Positions 28,299-43,900 are shown, numbered from the stretch's first letter. The stretch: 64,000 bases of DNA from the human T2T-CHM13v2.0 reference genome, Homo sapiens (GCF_009914755.1 NC_060940.1), one strand, 5' to 3'. Notes: generated by a model not told the origin, from the sequence alone. A program made the numbers and translations.

Positions 28299-31200
28299 GA
28301 TGATTCCACTCGATTCCATTTGATGATTATTCCATTGGAGTCCACTTAGTGAATCCTTTAGATTCTACTGGAAGATGATTCCATTCGAGTCCATTCGATG
28401 ATACCATTCAATTCCATTCGTTGATGCTTCCATTCAAGTGCATTTGATGATATCATTCGATTCCATTTGATGATAATTCCATTTGATTCCATGCGATGAT
28501 TCTATTCGATTCCATTCAATGATAATTCCATTCAATTCAGTGATTCCTCTGGACTCCATTTGATGATGATTCCATTCAATGATTCCATTCGATTCTATTC
28601 GAAAATGATTCCATTTGAATCCATTTGATGATGATTCCATTGGATTCCATTTGATGATTCCATTCGATTCCATTCGATGATGATTCCATTCGATTCCTTT
28701 TGATGATTCCATTCTATTGTATTCGATGATGATTCTTTTCGATTCCATTCGATGATGATTGGATTCGATTCCATTTGATGATTTCATTTGATTCCATTCG
28801 ATAATGATTTCGATCAATTCCATTCGATGATTCCATTCGATTCCATTCGATAATGATTACATCCGAGTCCATTCGATGATTCCATTTGAGCCCGTTCGAT
28901 AATTCCATTTGAGTCCAATCAATGATTCCATTCATTTCCATTCAATGATTCCATTCGAGTCCATTTGATCATTCCGGTAGGGTCCGTTCGATGTTGATTC
29001 CATTGGAGTGCATTCGATGATTCCATTCGAGTCCATTTTAGGATTTGATTCGAGTCCTTTCGATGATTCCATTCGATTCCACTCGATGATTTCATTCGAG
29101 TCCATTCGACACTTCCAATCGATTCCATTTGATGATTCCATTCGAGTCCAATTGATGATTCCATTCAATTCCATTCGATGATGATTCCGTACGATTCCAT
29201 TCTGTGATGATTCCATGTGATTGCATTCAATGATGATTCCTTTCGATTGCATTCGATTATGATTCATTTCGTGTTCATTCTATGGTTCCACAGGTTTCCA
29301 TTCGATGATGTTTCCATTCGTGTCCATTCCATTTTTCCATTCTATTCCATTTGAAGATGATTCCATTCGATTCCATTCATTGGTGATTCCACTCAATTCC
29401 ATTCAATGATTCCATTCCATTTCTTTCAACAATGATTCCATTAGTTTCTATTCGATGATCCACTTGATTCCATTTGACGATGATTCCATTCGTGTCCATT
29501 CGATGATTCCATTTGATTCCATATGATGATGATTCCATTCGATTCCATATGATGATGATTCCATTCGAGTCCATTCAATGGTGATTCCATTCAATTCCAT
29601 TCGATGATTCCTTTCGATTCCATTCAATGATGATGGCATTCGATTCCTTTCGATCATTCCCTTTGATTCCATTCAAAGGTGATTTCATTCAAGTCCATTC
29701 GATAATTGCATTCGATTCCATTCTATGATGATTCCATTCGAGTCCATTTGATGATTCCATTCAATTCAAGTCAATGATGATTCCATTCGATTCCACTCGA
29801 TGATTCCATTGGATTCCATTCGATGATGATTCCATTCAAATCCATTCGATAATTCAATTCAAGTCCATTCGATGATGATTCCAATCGAATCCATTCAAAG
29901 ATTCCACTCAATTCCATTCGATGATGATTCCCTTAGATTCCATTCGATGATTCCACTTGATTCCATTTACGATGATTCCATTCGATTCCATGTGATGATT
30001 CCATTCAATTCTATTCAATGATGTTTCCACTTGATTCCATTCGAACATGATTGCCTTTGATTCCATTCAATGATTCCATACGGTTCCATTTGATGATGAT
30101 TCCATTGGAGTGCATTAGATGATTCCATCCGAGTCCATTTGATGATTCCATTCGATTCCATTCGATGTTGATTCTGTTCAAATCCATTCGATGATTCCAC
30201 TCGATTCCATTCGATGACTCCATTTGATCTCATTCGATGATTTCCTTTGATTCCCTTTGATGATCATTCCATTTGATTCAATTCGGTGATTTCATTTGAT
30301 TCCATTCAGTGATGTTTCCATTCAACTCCTTTCGATGATGATTCCATTCGACTCCATTCGATTATGATTTCATTCAATTCCATTCGATAATGATTCCCTT
30401 CAAGTCCATTCGATGATTCCATTCGATTCCATTCAACGATGATTTGATTCGTGTCCATTCGATGATTCCATTTGATTCCATTTGATGATGATTCCATTCG
30501 AGTCCCTTTGATGATTCCATTCAATTCCATTCTCCGATGATTTCTTCTGAGCCCATTCAATGCTTCCACTCGATTCCATATGATGATGACTCCATTTGAT
30601 GAAATTCCATGATGATTCCATTCGCTTGCATTCGATGATGATTCCACTTGAGTCCGTTAGAAGATTCTATTCAATTACATTCCATGACGATTCTGTTCGA
30701 GTCCATTTGATGATTCCATTAGACTCCATTCGACGATGATTCCATTCGATGTTATTCGATGATGATTCCATTCAACTCCATTCGATGTTTCCATTCGAGT
30801 TCATTCTATTATTCCATTAGATTCCATTCGATGATGATTCCATTCGATTCCTTTTGATGATTGCATTCTATTTCATTTGATGATGATTCCATTCGAGTCC
30901 ATTCGATGATTCCATTCGAGTCCATTTAATGAATCCATTGGTTTCAATTCTATGATGATTACATTGGATTCCATTCGTTGATGATTTCATTCGATTCCAT
31001 TCAATGATGATTCCATTCAATTCCATTCAATGATTCCATTCAATTCCATACGATGATGATTCCATTGGATTTGATTCCACAGTGAGCCATTCGATTCAAT
31101 TCCATGATGATTCTATTTTATTCAATAGGTTGACATTTCCATTCGATTCCATTCGATGATGATTCCCTTTGATTCCATTCAAAGCTGATTCCATTCTAGC

Positions 31201-34200
31201 CCATTCAATCATTCCATTCGATTCTATTCAATGATGATTCCATTCATGTCGATTTGGTGATTCCATTTGACTTCATTTGATGATGATTCTTTTCAAGTTC
31301 ATTAGATGATTCCATTCGATTCCATTTGATGATGATCCCATTCGAGTCCATTTGATGATTCCACTCGTTTCCATTCCATGATGATTCCATTCCATTCCAT
31401 TCAATGATTCCATTCGATTCCGTTTGATGATGATTTCATTCGAGTCCATTTCATGATTCCATTTGATTCCATTCGATGATGATTACATTCGAGTCCATAC
31501 GATGATTCCACTCAATTCCATATGATGATGATTCCATTCGATTCCATTCGATGATTCCACTTGATTCCATTTACGATGATTCCATTCGATTCCATGTGAT
31601 GATTCCATTCAGTTCTATTCAATGCTGTTTCCATTTGATTCCATTCGACCATGATTGCCTTTGATTCCATTCAATGACTCCATTCGGTTCCTTTTGATTA
31701 TGATTCCGTTCGATTCCATTTCATTATTCCATTTGATTCCATTGGATGAGTCCATTCGATTACATTCGATGATTATTCCATTCGAGTGCATTAGATGATT
31801 CCATTCGAGTCCATTCGATGATTCCATTCGATTCCATTCGATGTTGATTCTGTTCAAATCCATTCGATGATTCCACTCGATTCCATTCGATGACTCCAGT
31901 TGATCCCATTCGATGATTTCCTTTGATTCCCTTTGATGATCATTCCATTTGATTCAATTCGGTGATTTCATTTGATTCCATTCAGTGATGTTTCCATTCG
32001 ACTCCATTCGATGATGATTCCATTCGACTCCATTCGATTATGATTTCATTCAATTCCATTCGATAATGATTCCCTTCGAGTCCATTCGATGATTCCATTC
32101 GATTCCATTCAACGATGATTTGATTCGTGTCCATTCGATGATTCCATTTGATTCCACTTGATGATGATTCCATTCGAGTCCATTTGATGATTCCATTCAA
32201 TTCCATTCTCCGATGATTTCTTTTGAGCCCATTCAATGCTTCCACTCGATTCCATATGATGATGACTCCATTCGATGAAATTCGATGATGATTCCCTTTG
32301 ATTCCATTCAAAGATGATTCCATTCTAGCCCATTCAATCATTCCATTCGATTCTATTCAATGATGATTCCATTCATGTCGATTTGGTGATTCCATTTGAC
32401 TTCATTTGATGATGATTCCTTTCAAGTTCATTAGATGATTCCATTCGATTCCATTTGATGATGATCCCATTGGAGTCCATTCAGTGATTCCACTCGTTTC
32501 CATTCCATGATGATTCCATTCCATTCCATTCAATGATTCCATTCGATTCCGTTTGATGATGATTTCATTCGAGTCCATTTGATGATTCCATTGGATTCCA
32601 TTCGATGATGATTCCATTCGAGTCCATTCGATGATTCTATTCGAATCCATTTGATGATTTCTTTTGATTATAGTTGGTGATGATTCCATTGGAGTCCATT
32701 CAATGATTCCATTCGATTCCAATCGATGGTGATTCCATTAGAGTCCATTTAACGATTCCATTTGATTCCAGTCTCTGATGATTACATTCGAGTCCATACG
32801 ATGATTCCACTCAATTCCATATGATGATGATTCCATTCTATTCCATTCGATGATTCCATTCTATTCTATTCAATGGTGATTCCATTCGAGTACATTAGAT
32901 GATTCCATTCGATTCCATTCAATGATGATTCTATTTGTGTCCCTTAGATGGTTCCACATGATTCCATTTCATGATGATACTATTTGAGCCCATCCAATGA
33001 CTCCCTTCGATTCCATTCGATGAGGATTCCATTCGATTCAATTCATTGGTGATTCTATTCAATTCAATTCTTTGATTCCATTCCATTCCATTCGAAAATG
33101 ATTCCATTCGATTTCTTTCGATGATTCCACTCGATTCCACTTGACATTGATTCCATTCGATTCCATTCAATGATTCCGTTTGATTCCAGTGGATGATGAT
33201 TGCCGTCAATTCCATTCGATCACTCCATTCTATTCCATTTGATGATGATTACATTCGATTCCATTTGATGATTCCATCTGATTCTATTCGAGGATTCCAT
33301 TTGATTCCATTCGATGATGATTCCATTCGAGTGCATTCGATGATTTCATTCGAGTACATCCAATGATTCCATTCGAGTCCATTTGATGATTCCATTTGAT
33401 TCCATTTGATTATGATTCTACTAGAGTCCATTCAATGACTCCATTCGAATCCATTCAACAATTCCATTCGAGGCCATTCGTTGATTCCATTTCATGATTC
33501 CATTCGAGTCCATTTAATCATTACAGTCGAGTCCATTTGGTGATTCCACTGGATTTCTTTTGATAATGATACCATTCAATTACATTTGATGATGATCCCA
33601 TTCAATTTCATTTGATGGTGATTCCATTAGAGTCCATTCGATGATTTCATTCGAGTCCCTTCATTGATTCCATCCGATTTTTTTGGATGATGACTCCATT
33701 CGAGTCCATTCGATGATTCCACTCGATTCCATTAGATGATTCCATTGGAGTCCATTTGATTGTTCCATTCGATTCTATTCGATTCCTTTCGAAGATTATT
33801 CCATTTGAGTCCATTCGATGATGATTCCATTCCATTCCATTCGATGATTCCGTTTGATTCCATTCGATGATTCCCTTCGATTCCATTCTTTGATGATTCC
33901 ATTCCATTCCATTCAATGATTCCATTCGAATCTATTCCATGATGATTCCTTTCGATTCCATTCGCTGATGTTTCCGTTCAATTCCATTCGATGATGATTC
34001 CATTCGATTCCATTCATTGAGGATTCCATTTGATTCCATTCAATGATGATTCCATTCTATTCCATTCAATGATTGCATTCAATTCCATTCAATGATTATC
34101 CCATTAGAGTAAACTCAACGATTCCATTCAATACCATTCGATGATGATTCCTTTTGAGTCCATTCAATGATTTCATTCAAGTCCATTTGATGATTCCTTT

Positions 34201-35450
34201 CAATTCCATTCTATGATGATTCCATTCGAGTCCATTCGATGATTCCATTCGATTGCATTCGATGATTCCATTATATTCCATTCAACGATGATTCCATTCG
34301 AGTCCATTTCATGATTCCATTAGAGTACATTTAATGATTGCTTTGTTTTCAATTCGAAGATGATTACATTCGATTCCATTCTATGATACCATTCGATTCC
34401 ATTCAATGATGATTCCTCTCAAATCCATTGGATGATTCCATTCGTGTCCATTCGGTGATTTCATTAGATTCCATTCGAGGATGATTCCATTCGATTCCAT
34501 TCGATGATTCCATTCAATTCCATTCGATGATGATTCCATTCCAGTCCATATGATCATTCCATTTGATTTCATTCGATGATGATTCCATTCGATTCCATTC
34601 GATGATTCCATTCTATTCCATTCGATGATGATTCCATTCGAGTCCATTCGATGATTCCATTCGAGTCCATTTAATGATTCCATTGGGTTCAATTCAATGA
34701 TGATTACATTGGATTCCGTTCTATGATTCCATTCAATTCCGTTCATAGACAATTTGATTCCATTCGATGATGATTCCATTTGAGTTCATTCGATGATTCT
34801 ATTCGATTCTCTTCGATGGTGATTCAATTCTATTATATTGGATGATTCCATTCGATTCCATTTGATGTTGATTCAATTCGATTCTATTCGATGATGATTC
34901 CATTGGATTTCACTTGATGATTCTATTCGATTCCATTCAATGATGATTCACTTCTCGTCCATTGGATGATTCCATTTCATTCCATTCGATGATGATTCCA
35001 TTCGATTCCATTCGATGATTCCATTTGATTCCATGCGACGGTGAGCAATTCGATTCAATTCCATGATGATTCTATTTGATTCAATTAGATGATGTTTCCA
35101 TTCGAATCCATTCCATGATTATTCCATTGGAATCCATTTGGCGATGATTCCATATGAGTCAATTCAATGATGATTCCATATAGGTCCGTTCGATGATAAT
35201 TCCATTTGATTTCATTCGATGCTTCTATTCTATTCCAGTCGATGATGATTCCGTTGGAGTCCATACGATGATTCCATTTGATTTCATTTGATGATGATTC
35301 CATTCGATGATGATTACATTGGATTCCATTCTATGATTCCATTCAATTCCATTCGTTGATGATTCGATTCCATTCAATGATGATTCCATTTGAGTTCATT
35401 CGATGATTCTATTCGATTCCGTTCGATGGTGATTCAGTTCTATTATATAG
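28299..35450 (+). repeat. Composite C+B unit (~7.15 kb): C with 72 bp deletion, partial B, return to the end of C, then B with a 570 bp deletion
   Basis: Colinear with 2011-5270 at offset 26288. Jumps back into C at ~31540-31559. 570 bp deletion junction at ~32280-32295. Confidence 0.85.
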
Positions 35451-38400
35451 GATGATTCCACTCGATTCCATTTGATGATTATTCCATTGTAGTCCACTTA
35501 GTGAATCCTTTAGATTCTACTCGAAGATGATTCCATTCGAGTCCATTCGATGATACCATTCAATTTCATTCGTTGATGCTTCCATTCAAGTGCATTCGAT
35601 GATATCATTCGATTCCATTTGATGATAATTCCATTTGATTCCATGCGATGATTCTATTCGATTCCATTCAATGATAATTCCATTCAATTCAGTGATTCCT
35701 CTGGACTCCATTTGATGATGATTCCATTCAATGATTCCATTCGATTCTATTCCAAAATGATTCCATTTGAATCCATTTGATGATGATTCCATTAGATTCC
35801 ATTTGATGATTCCATTCGATTCCATTTGACGATGATTCCATTCGATTCCATTTGATGATTCCATTCTATTCTATTCGATGATGATTCCATTCCATTCCAT
35901 TTGATGATGATTGGATTCGATTCCATTTGATGATTTCATTTGATTCCATTCGTTAATGATTTCGATCAACTCCATTCGATGATTCCATTTGATTCCATTC
36001 TATAATGATTACATCCGAGTCCATTCGATGATTCCATTTGAGCCCGTTCGATAATTCCATTTGAGTCCAATCAATGATTCCATTCATTTCCATTCAATGA
36101 TTCCATTCGAGTCCATTTGATCATTCTGGTAGGGTCCGTTCGATGTTGATTCCATTGGAGTGCATTCGATGATTCCATTCGAGTCCATTTTAGGATTTGA
36201 TTCGAGTCCTTTCGATGATTCCATTCGATTCCACTCGATGATGATTTCATTCGAGTCCATTCGACACTTCCAATCGATTCCATTTGATGTTTCCATTCGA
36301 GTCCAATTGATGATTCCATTCAATTCCATTCGATGATGATTCCGTACGATTCCATTCTGTGATGATTCCATGTGATTGCATTCAATGATGATTCCTTTAG
36401 ATTGCATTCGATTGTGATTCATTTCGTCTTCATTCTATGGTTCCACAGGTTTCCATTCGTGTCCATTCCATTATTCCATTCTATTCCATTTGGTGATGAT
36501 TCCATTCGATTCCATTCATTGGTGATTCCACTCAATTCCATTCAATGATTCCATTCCATTTCTTTCAACAATGATTCCATTAGTTTCTAATCGATGATCC
36601 ACTTGATTCCATTTGACGACGATTCCATTCTTGTCCATTCGATGATTCCATTTGATTCCATATGATGATGATTCCATTCGATTCCATACCATGATGATTC
36701 CATTCGAGTCCATTCAATGGTGATTCCATTCAATTCCATTCGATGATTCCTTTCGATTCCATTCGATGATGATGGCATTCGATTCCTTTCAATCATTCCC
36801 TTTGATTCCATTCAAAGGTGATTTCATTCAAGTCCATTCGATAATTGCATTCGATTCCATTCTATGATGATTCCATTCGAGTCCATTTGATGATTCCATT
36901 CAATTCAAGTCAATGATGATTCCATTCGATTCCATTCGATGATTCCATTGGATTCCATTCGATGATGATTCCATTCAAATCCATTCGATAATTCAATTCA
37001 AGTCCATTCGATGATGATTAAAATCGAATCCATTCAAAGATTCCATTCAGTTCCATTCGATGATTCCCTTAGATTCCATTCGATGATTCCACTTGATTGC
37101 ATTTACGATGATTCCATTCGATTCCATGTGATGATTCCATTCAATTCTATTCAATGCTGTTTCCATTTGATTCCATTCGACCATGATTGCCTTTGATTCC
37201 ATTCAATGACTCCATTCGGTTCCTTTTGATGATGATTCCGTTCGATTCCATTTGATGATTCCATTTGATTCCATTGGATGAGTCCATTCGATTACATTCG
37301 ATGATTATTCCATTCGAGTGCATTAGATGATTCCATTCGAGTCCATTCGATGATTCCATTCGATTCCATTCGATGTTGATTCTGTTCAAATCCATTCGAT
37401 GATTCCACTCGATTCCATTCGATGACTCCAGTTGATCCCATTCGATGATTTCCTTTGATTCCCTTTGATGATCATTCCATTTGATTCAATTCGGTGATTT
37501 CATTTGATTCCATTCAGTGATGTTTCCATTCGACTCCATTCGATGATGATTCCATTCGACTCCATTCGATTATGATTTCATTCAATTCCATTCGATAATG
37601 ATTCCCTTCGAGTCCATTCGATGATTCCATTCGATTCCATTCAACGATGATTTGATTCGTGTCCATTCGATGATTCCATTTGATTCCACTTGATGATGAT
37701 TCCATTCGAGTCCATTTGATGATTCCATTCAATTCCATTCTCCGATGATTTCTTTTGAGCCCATTCAATGCTTCCACTCGATTCCATATGATGATGACTC
37801 CATTCGATGAAATTCGATGATGATTCCCTTTGATTCCATTCAAAGATGATTCCATTCTAGCCCATTCAATCATTCCATTCGATTCTATTCAATGATGATT
37901 CCATTCATGTCGATTTGGTGATTCCATTTGACTTCATTTGATGATGATTCCTTTCAAGTTCATTAGATGATTCCATTCGATTCCATTTGATGATGATCCC
38001 ATTGGAGTCCATTCAGTGATTCCACTCGTTTCCATTCCATGATGATTCCATTCCATTCCATTCAATGATTACATTCGATTCCGTTTGATGATGATTTCAT
38101 TCGAGTCCATTTGATGATTCCATTTGATTCCATTCGATGATGATTCCATTCGATTCCATTCGATGATTCTATTCGAATCCATTTGATGATTTCTTTTGAT
38201 TATAGTTGGTGATGATTCCATTGGAGTCCATTCAATGATTCCATTCGATTCCAATCGATGGTGATTCCATTAGAGTCCATTTAATGATTCCATTTGATTC
38301 CAGTCTCTGATGATTACATTCGAGTCCATACGATGATTCCACTCAATTCCATATGATGATGATTCCATTCGATTCCATTCGATGATTCCATTCTATTCTA

Positions 38401-40992
38401 TTCAATGGTGATTCCATTCGAGTACATTAGATGATTCCATTCGATTCCATTCAATGATGATTCTATTTGTGTCCCTTAGATGATTCCACATGATTCCATT
38501 ATATGATGATACTATTTCAGCCCATCCAATTATTCCCTTCGATTCCATTCGATGAGGATTCCATTCGATTCAATTCATTGGTGATTCTATTCAATTCAAT
38601 TCTTTGATTCCATTCCATTCCATTCGACAATGATTCCATTCGATTTCTTTCGATGATTCCACTCGATTCCACTTGACATTGATTCCCTTCGATTCCATTC
38701 AATGATTCCATTTGATTCCAGTGGATGATGATTGCCATCGATTCCATTCGATCACTCCATTCTATTCCATTTGATGATGATTACATTTGATTCCATTTGA
38801 CGATTCCATCTGATTCTATTCGAGGATTCCATTTGATTCCATTCGATGATGATTCCATTCGAGTCCATTCGATGATTTCATTCGAGTACATCCAATGATT
38901 CCATTCGAGTCCATTTGATGATTCCGTTTGATTCCATTTGATAATGATTCTACTAGAGTCCATTCAATGACTCCATTCGAGTCCATTCAACAATTCCATT
39001 CGACTCCATTTGATGATTCCATTCGATTCCATTTGATGATTCCATTCGAGTCCATTTAATCATTACAGTCGAGTCCATTTGGTGATTCCACCGGATTTCT
39101 TTTGATAATGATACCATTCAATTACATTTGATGATGATCCCATTCAATTTCATTTGATGATGATTCCATTAGAGTCCATTCGATGATTTCATTCGAGTCC
39201 CTTCATTGATTCCATCCGATTTCATTGGATGATGACTCCATTCGAGTCCATTCGATGATTCCACTCGATTCCATTAGATGATTCCATTGGAGTCCATTTG
39301 ATTGTTCCATTCGATTCCATTCGATTCCTTTCGAAGATTATTCCATTTGAGACCATTCGATGATGATTCCATTCCATTCCATTCGATGATTCCGTTTGAT
39401 TCCATTCGATGATTCCCTTCGATTCCTTTCTTTGATGATTCCATTCCATTCCATTCAATGATTCCATTCGAATCTATTCCATGATGATTCCTTTCGATTC
39501 CATTCGCTGATGTTTCCGTTCAATTCCATTCGATGATGATTCCATTCGATTCCATTCATTGAGGATTCCATTTGATTCCATTCAATGATGATTCCGTTCT
39601 ATTCCATTCAATGATTGCATTCAATTCCATTCAATGATTATCCCCTTAGAGTAAACTCAACGATTCCATTCAATACCATTCGATGATGATTCCTTTTGAG
39701 TCCATTCAATGATTTCATTCAAGTCCATTTGATGATTCCTTTCAATTCCATTCTATGATGATTCCATTCGAGTCCATTCGATGATTCCATTAGATTGCAT
39801 TCGATTATTCCATTATATTCCAGTCAACGATGATTCCATTCGAGTCCATTCGATGATTCCATTAGAGTACATTTAATGATTGCTTTGTTTTCAATTCGAA
39901 GATGATTACATTGGATTCCATTCTATGATACCATTCGATTCCATTCAATGATGATTCCACTCAAATCCATTGGATGATTCCATTCGTGTCCATTCGGTGA
40001 TTTCATTAGATTCCATTCGAGGATGATTCCATTCGATTCCATTCGATGATTCCATTCAATTCCATTCGATGATGATTCCATTCCAGTCCATATGATCATT
40101 CCATTTGATTTCATTCGATGATGATTCCATTCGATTCCATTCGATGATTCCATTCTATTCCATTCGATGATGATTCCATTCGAGTCCATTCGATGATTCC
40201 ATTCGAGTCCATTTAATGATTCCATTGGGTTCAATTCAATGATGATTACATTGGATTCCGTTCTATGATTCCATTCAATTCCGTTCATTGACAATTTGAT
40301 TCCATTCGATGATGATTCCATTTGAGTTCATTCGATGATTCTATTCGATTCTCTTCGATGGTGATTCAATTCTATTATATTGGATGATTCCATTCGATTC
40401 CATTTGATGTTGATTCAATTCGATTCTATTCGATGATGATTCCATTGGATTTCACTTGATGATTCTATTCGATTCCATTCAATGATGATTCACTTCTCGT
40501 CCATTGGATGATTCCATTTCATTCCATTCGATGATGATTCCATTCGATTGCATTCGATGATTCCATTTGATTCCATGCGACGGTGAGCAATTCGATTCAA
40601 TTCCATGATGATTCTATTTGATTCAATTAGATGATGTTTCCATTCGAATCCATTCCATGATTATTCCATTGGAATCTATTTGGCGATGATTCCATATGAG
40701 TCAATTCAATGATGATTCCATATGGGTCCGTTCGATGATAATTCCATTTGATTTCATTCGATGCTTCTATTCTATTCCAGTCGATGATGATTCCGTTGGA
40801 GTCCATACGATGATTCCATTTGATTTCATTTGATGATGATTCCATTCGATGATGATTACATTGGATTCCATTCTATGATTCCATTCAATTCCATTCGTTG
40901 ATGATTCGATTCCATTCAATGATGATTCCATTTGAGTTCATTCGATGATTCTATTCGATTCCGTTCGATGGTGATTCAATTCTATTATATTG
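35451..40992 (+). repeat. C+B unit with 570 bp deletion (5542 bp)
   Basis: Marker spacing 36422 to 41964 = 5542 = 6112-570. Junction GAAATTCGATGATGATTCCCTTTG at ~37809-37832. Confidence 0.9.
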
Positions 40993-43900
40993 GATGATTC
41001 CACTCGATTCCATTTGATGATTATTCCATTGGAGTCCACTTAGTGAATCCTTTAGATTCTACTCGACGATGATTCCATTCGAGTCCATTCAATGATACCA
41101 TTCAATTTCATTCGTTGATGCTTCCATTCAAGTGCATTCGATGATATCATTCGATTCCATTTGATGATAATTCCATTTGATTCCATGTGATGATTCTATT
41201 CGATTCCATTCAATGATAATTCCATTCAATTCAGTGATTCCTCTGGACTCCATTTGATGATGATTCCATTCAATGATTCCATTCGATTCTATTCCAAAAT
41301 GATTCCATTTGAATCCATTTGATGATGATTCCATTAGATTCCATTTGATGATTCCATTCGATTGCATTTGACGATGATTCCATTCGATTCCATTTGATGA
41401 TTCCATTCTATTCTATTCGATGATGATTCCATTCGATTCCATTTGATGATGATTGGATTCGATTCCATTTGATGATTTCATTTGATTCCATTCGTTAATG
41501 ATTTCGATCAACTCCATTCGATGATTCCATTTGATTCCATTCGATAATGATTACATCCGAGTCCATTCGATGATTCCATTTGAGCCCGTTCGATAATTCC
41601 ATTTGAGTCCAATCAATGATTCCATTCATTTCCATTCAATGATTCCATTCGAGTCCATTTGATCATTCCGGTAGTGTCCGTTCGATGTTGATTCCATTGG
41701 AGTGCATTCGATGATTCCATTCGAGTCCATTTTATGATTTGATTCGAGTCCTTTCGATGATTCCATTCGATTCCACTCGATGATGATTTCATTCGAGTCC
41801 ATTCGACACTTCCAATCGATTCCATTTGATGTTTCCATTCGAGTCCAATTGATGATTCCATTCAATTCCATTCGATGATGATTCCGTACGATTCCATTCT
41901 GTGATGATTCCATGTGATTGCATTCCATGATGATTCCTTTCGATTGCATTCGATTATGATTCATTTCGTGTTCATTCTATGGTTCCACAGGTTTCCATTC
42001 GATGACGTTTCCGTTCGTGTCCATTCCATTATTCCATTCTATTTCATTTGATGATGATTCCATTCGATTCCATTCATTGGTGATTCCACTCAATTCCATT
42101 CAATGATTCCATTCCATTTCTTTCAACAATGATTCCATTAGTTTCTATTCGATGATCCACTTGATTCCATTTGGCGATGATTCCATTCGTGTCCATTCGA
42201 TGATTCCATTTGATTCCATATGATGATGATTCCATTCGATTCCATACCATGATGATTCCATTCGAGTCCATTCAATGGTGATTCCATTCAATTCCATTCG
42301 ATGATTCCTTCCGATTCCATTCGATGATGATGGCATTCGATTCCTTTCAATCATTCCCTTTGATTCCATTCAAAGGTGATTTCATTCAAGTCCATTCGAT
42401 AATTGCATTCGATTCCATTCTATGATGATTCCATTCGAGTCCATTTGATGATTCCATTCAATTCAAGTCAATGATGATTCCATTCAATTCCACTCGATGA
42501 TTCCAGTGGATTCCATTCGATGATGATTCCATTCAAATCCATTCGATAATTCAATTCAAGTCCATTCGATGATGATTCCAATCGAATCCATTCAAAGATT
42601 CCATTCAATTCCATTCGATGATGATTCCCTTAGATTCCATTCGATGATTCCACTTGATTCCATTTACGATGATTCCATTCGATTCCATGTGATGAATCCA
42701 TTCAATTCTATTCAATGATGTTTCCATTTGATTCCATTGGACCATGATTGCCTTTGATTCCATTCAATGATTCCATTCGGTTCCATTTGATGATGATTCC
42801 GTTCGATTCCATTTCATTATTCCATTTGATTCCATTGGATGAGTCCATTCGATTACATTCGATGATTATTCCATTCGAGTGCATTAGATGATTGCATTCG
42901 AGTCCATTCGATGATTCCATTCGATTCCATTCGATGTTGATTCTGTTCAAATCCATTCGATGATTCCACTCGATTCCAATCGATGACTCCATTTGATCCC
43001 ATTCGATGATTTCCTGTGATTCCCTTTGATGATCATTCTATTTGATTCAATTCGGTGATTTCATTTCATTCCATTCAGTGATGTTTCCATTCGACTGTAT
43101 TCGATGATGATTCCATTCGACTCCATTCGATTATGATTTCATTCAATTCCATTCAATAATGATTCCCTTCGAGTCCATTCGATGATTCCATTCGATTCCA
43201 TTCAACGATGATTTGATTCGTTTCCATTCGATGATTCCATTTGATTCCACTTGATGATGATTCCATTCGAGTCCATTTGATGATTCCATTCGAGTCTATT
43301 TATGTATTATATTCGTGTCCACTTCATGATTCCATTCAATTCCATTTAATGTTGATTCCATTTGATTCCATTTGATGATTCAGTTCGATTCCTTGCAATG
43401 ATTCCCTACGATTCCTTTCTCTGATGATTCCATTCGATTCCATTCATTGATGATTTCATTCGACTCCATTCGATGATGATTCCTTTCGATTCCATTTGAC
43501 GATGTTTCCATTCGAGTCCATTCGATGATGATTCTATTCAATTCTGTTCTATTATGATTCCATTCGATTTCATTCAATGCTTCTATTTGATTCCATTCGA
43601 TGATGATTCCATCTCTTTCCCTTCGATGATTCCTTTTGATTCCATTCAGTGATGATTCCATTTGATTCCATCTGATGATGATTTCACTTGATTCCTTTCA
43701 ATGATGATTCAATTCAAGTCCATTCGATGATTCCATTGGAGTCCAAACGATCATTCCGTTCGATTCCATTCAATGGTGATTCCATTCATGTCCATTCGAT
43801 GAATCCATTCAATTCCATTCGATGATGACTCCATTCGAGTACATTCGATGATTCCATTTGATTCCATTTGAAGATGATTCCATTCAATTCCATTCGAAGA

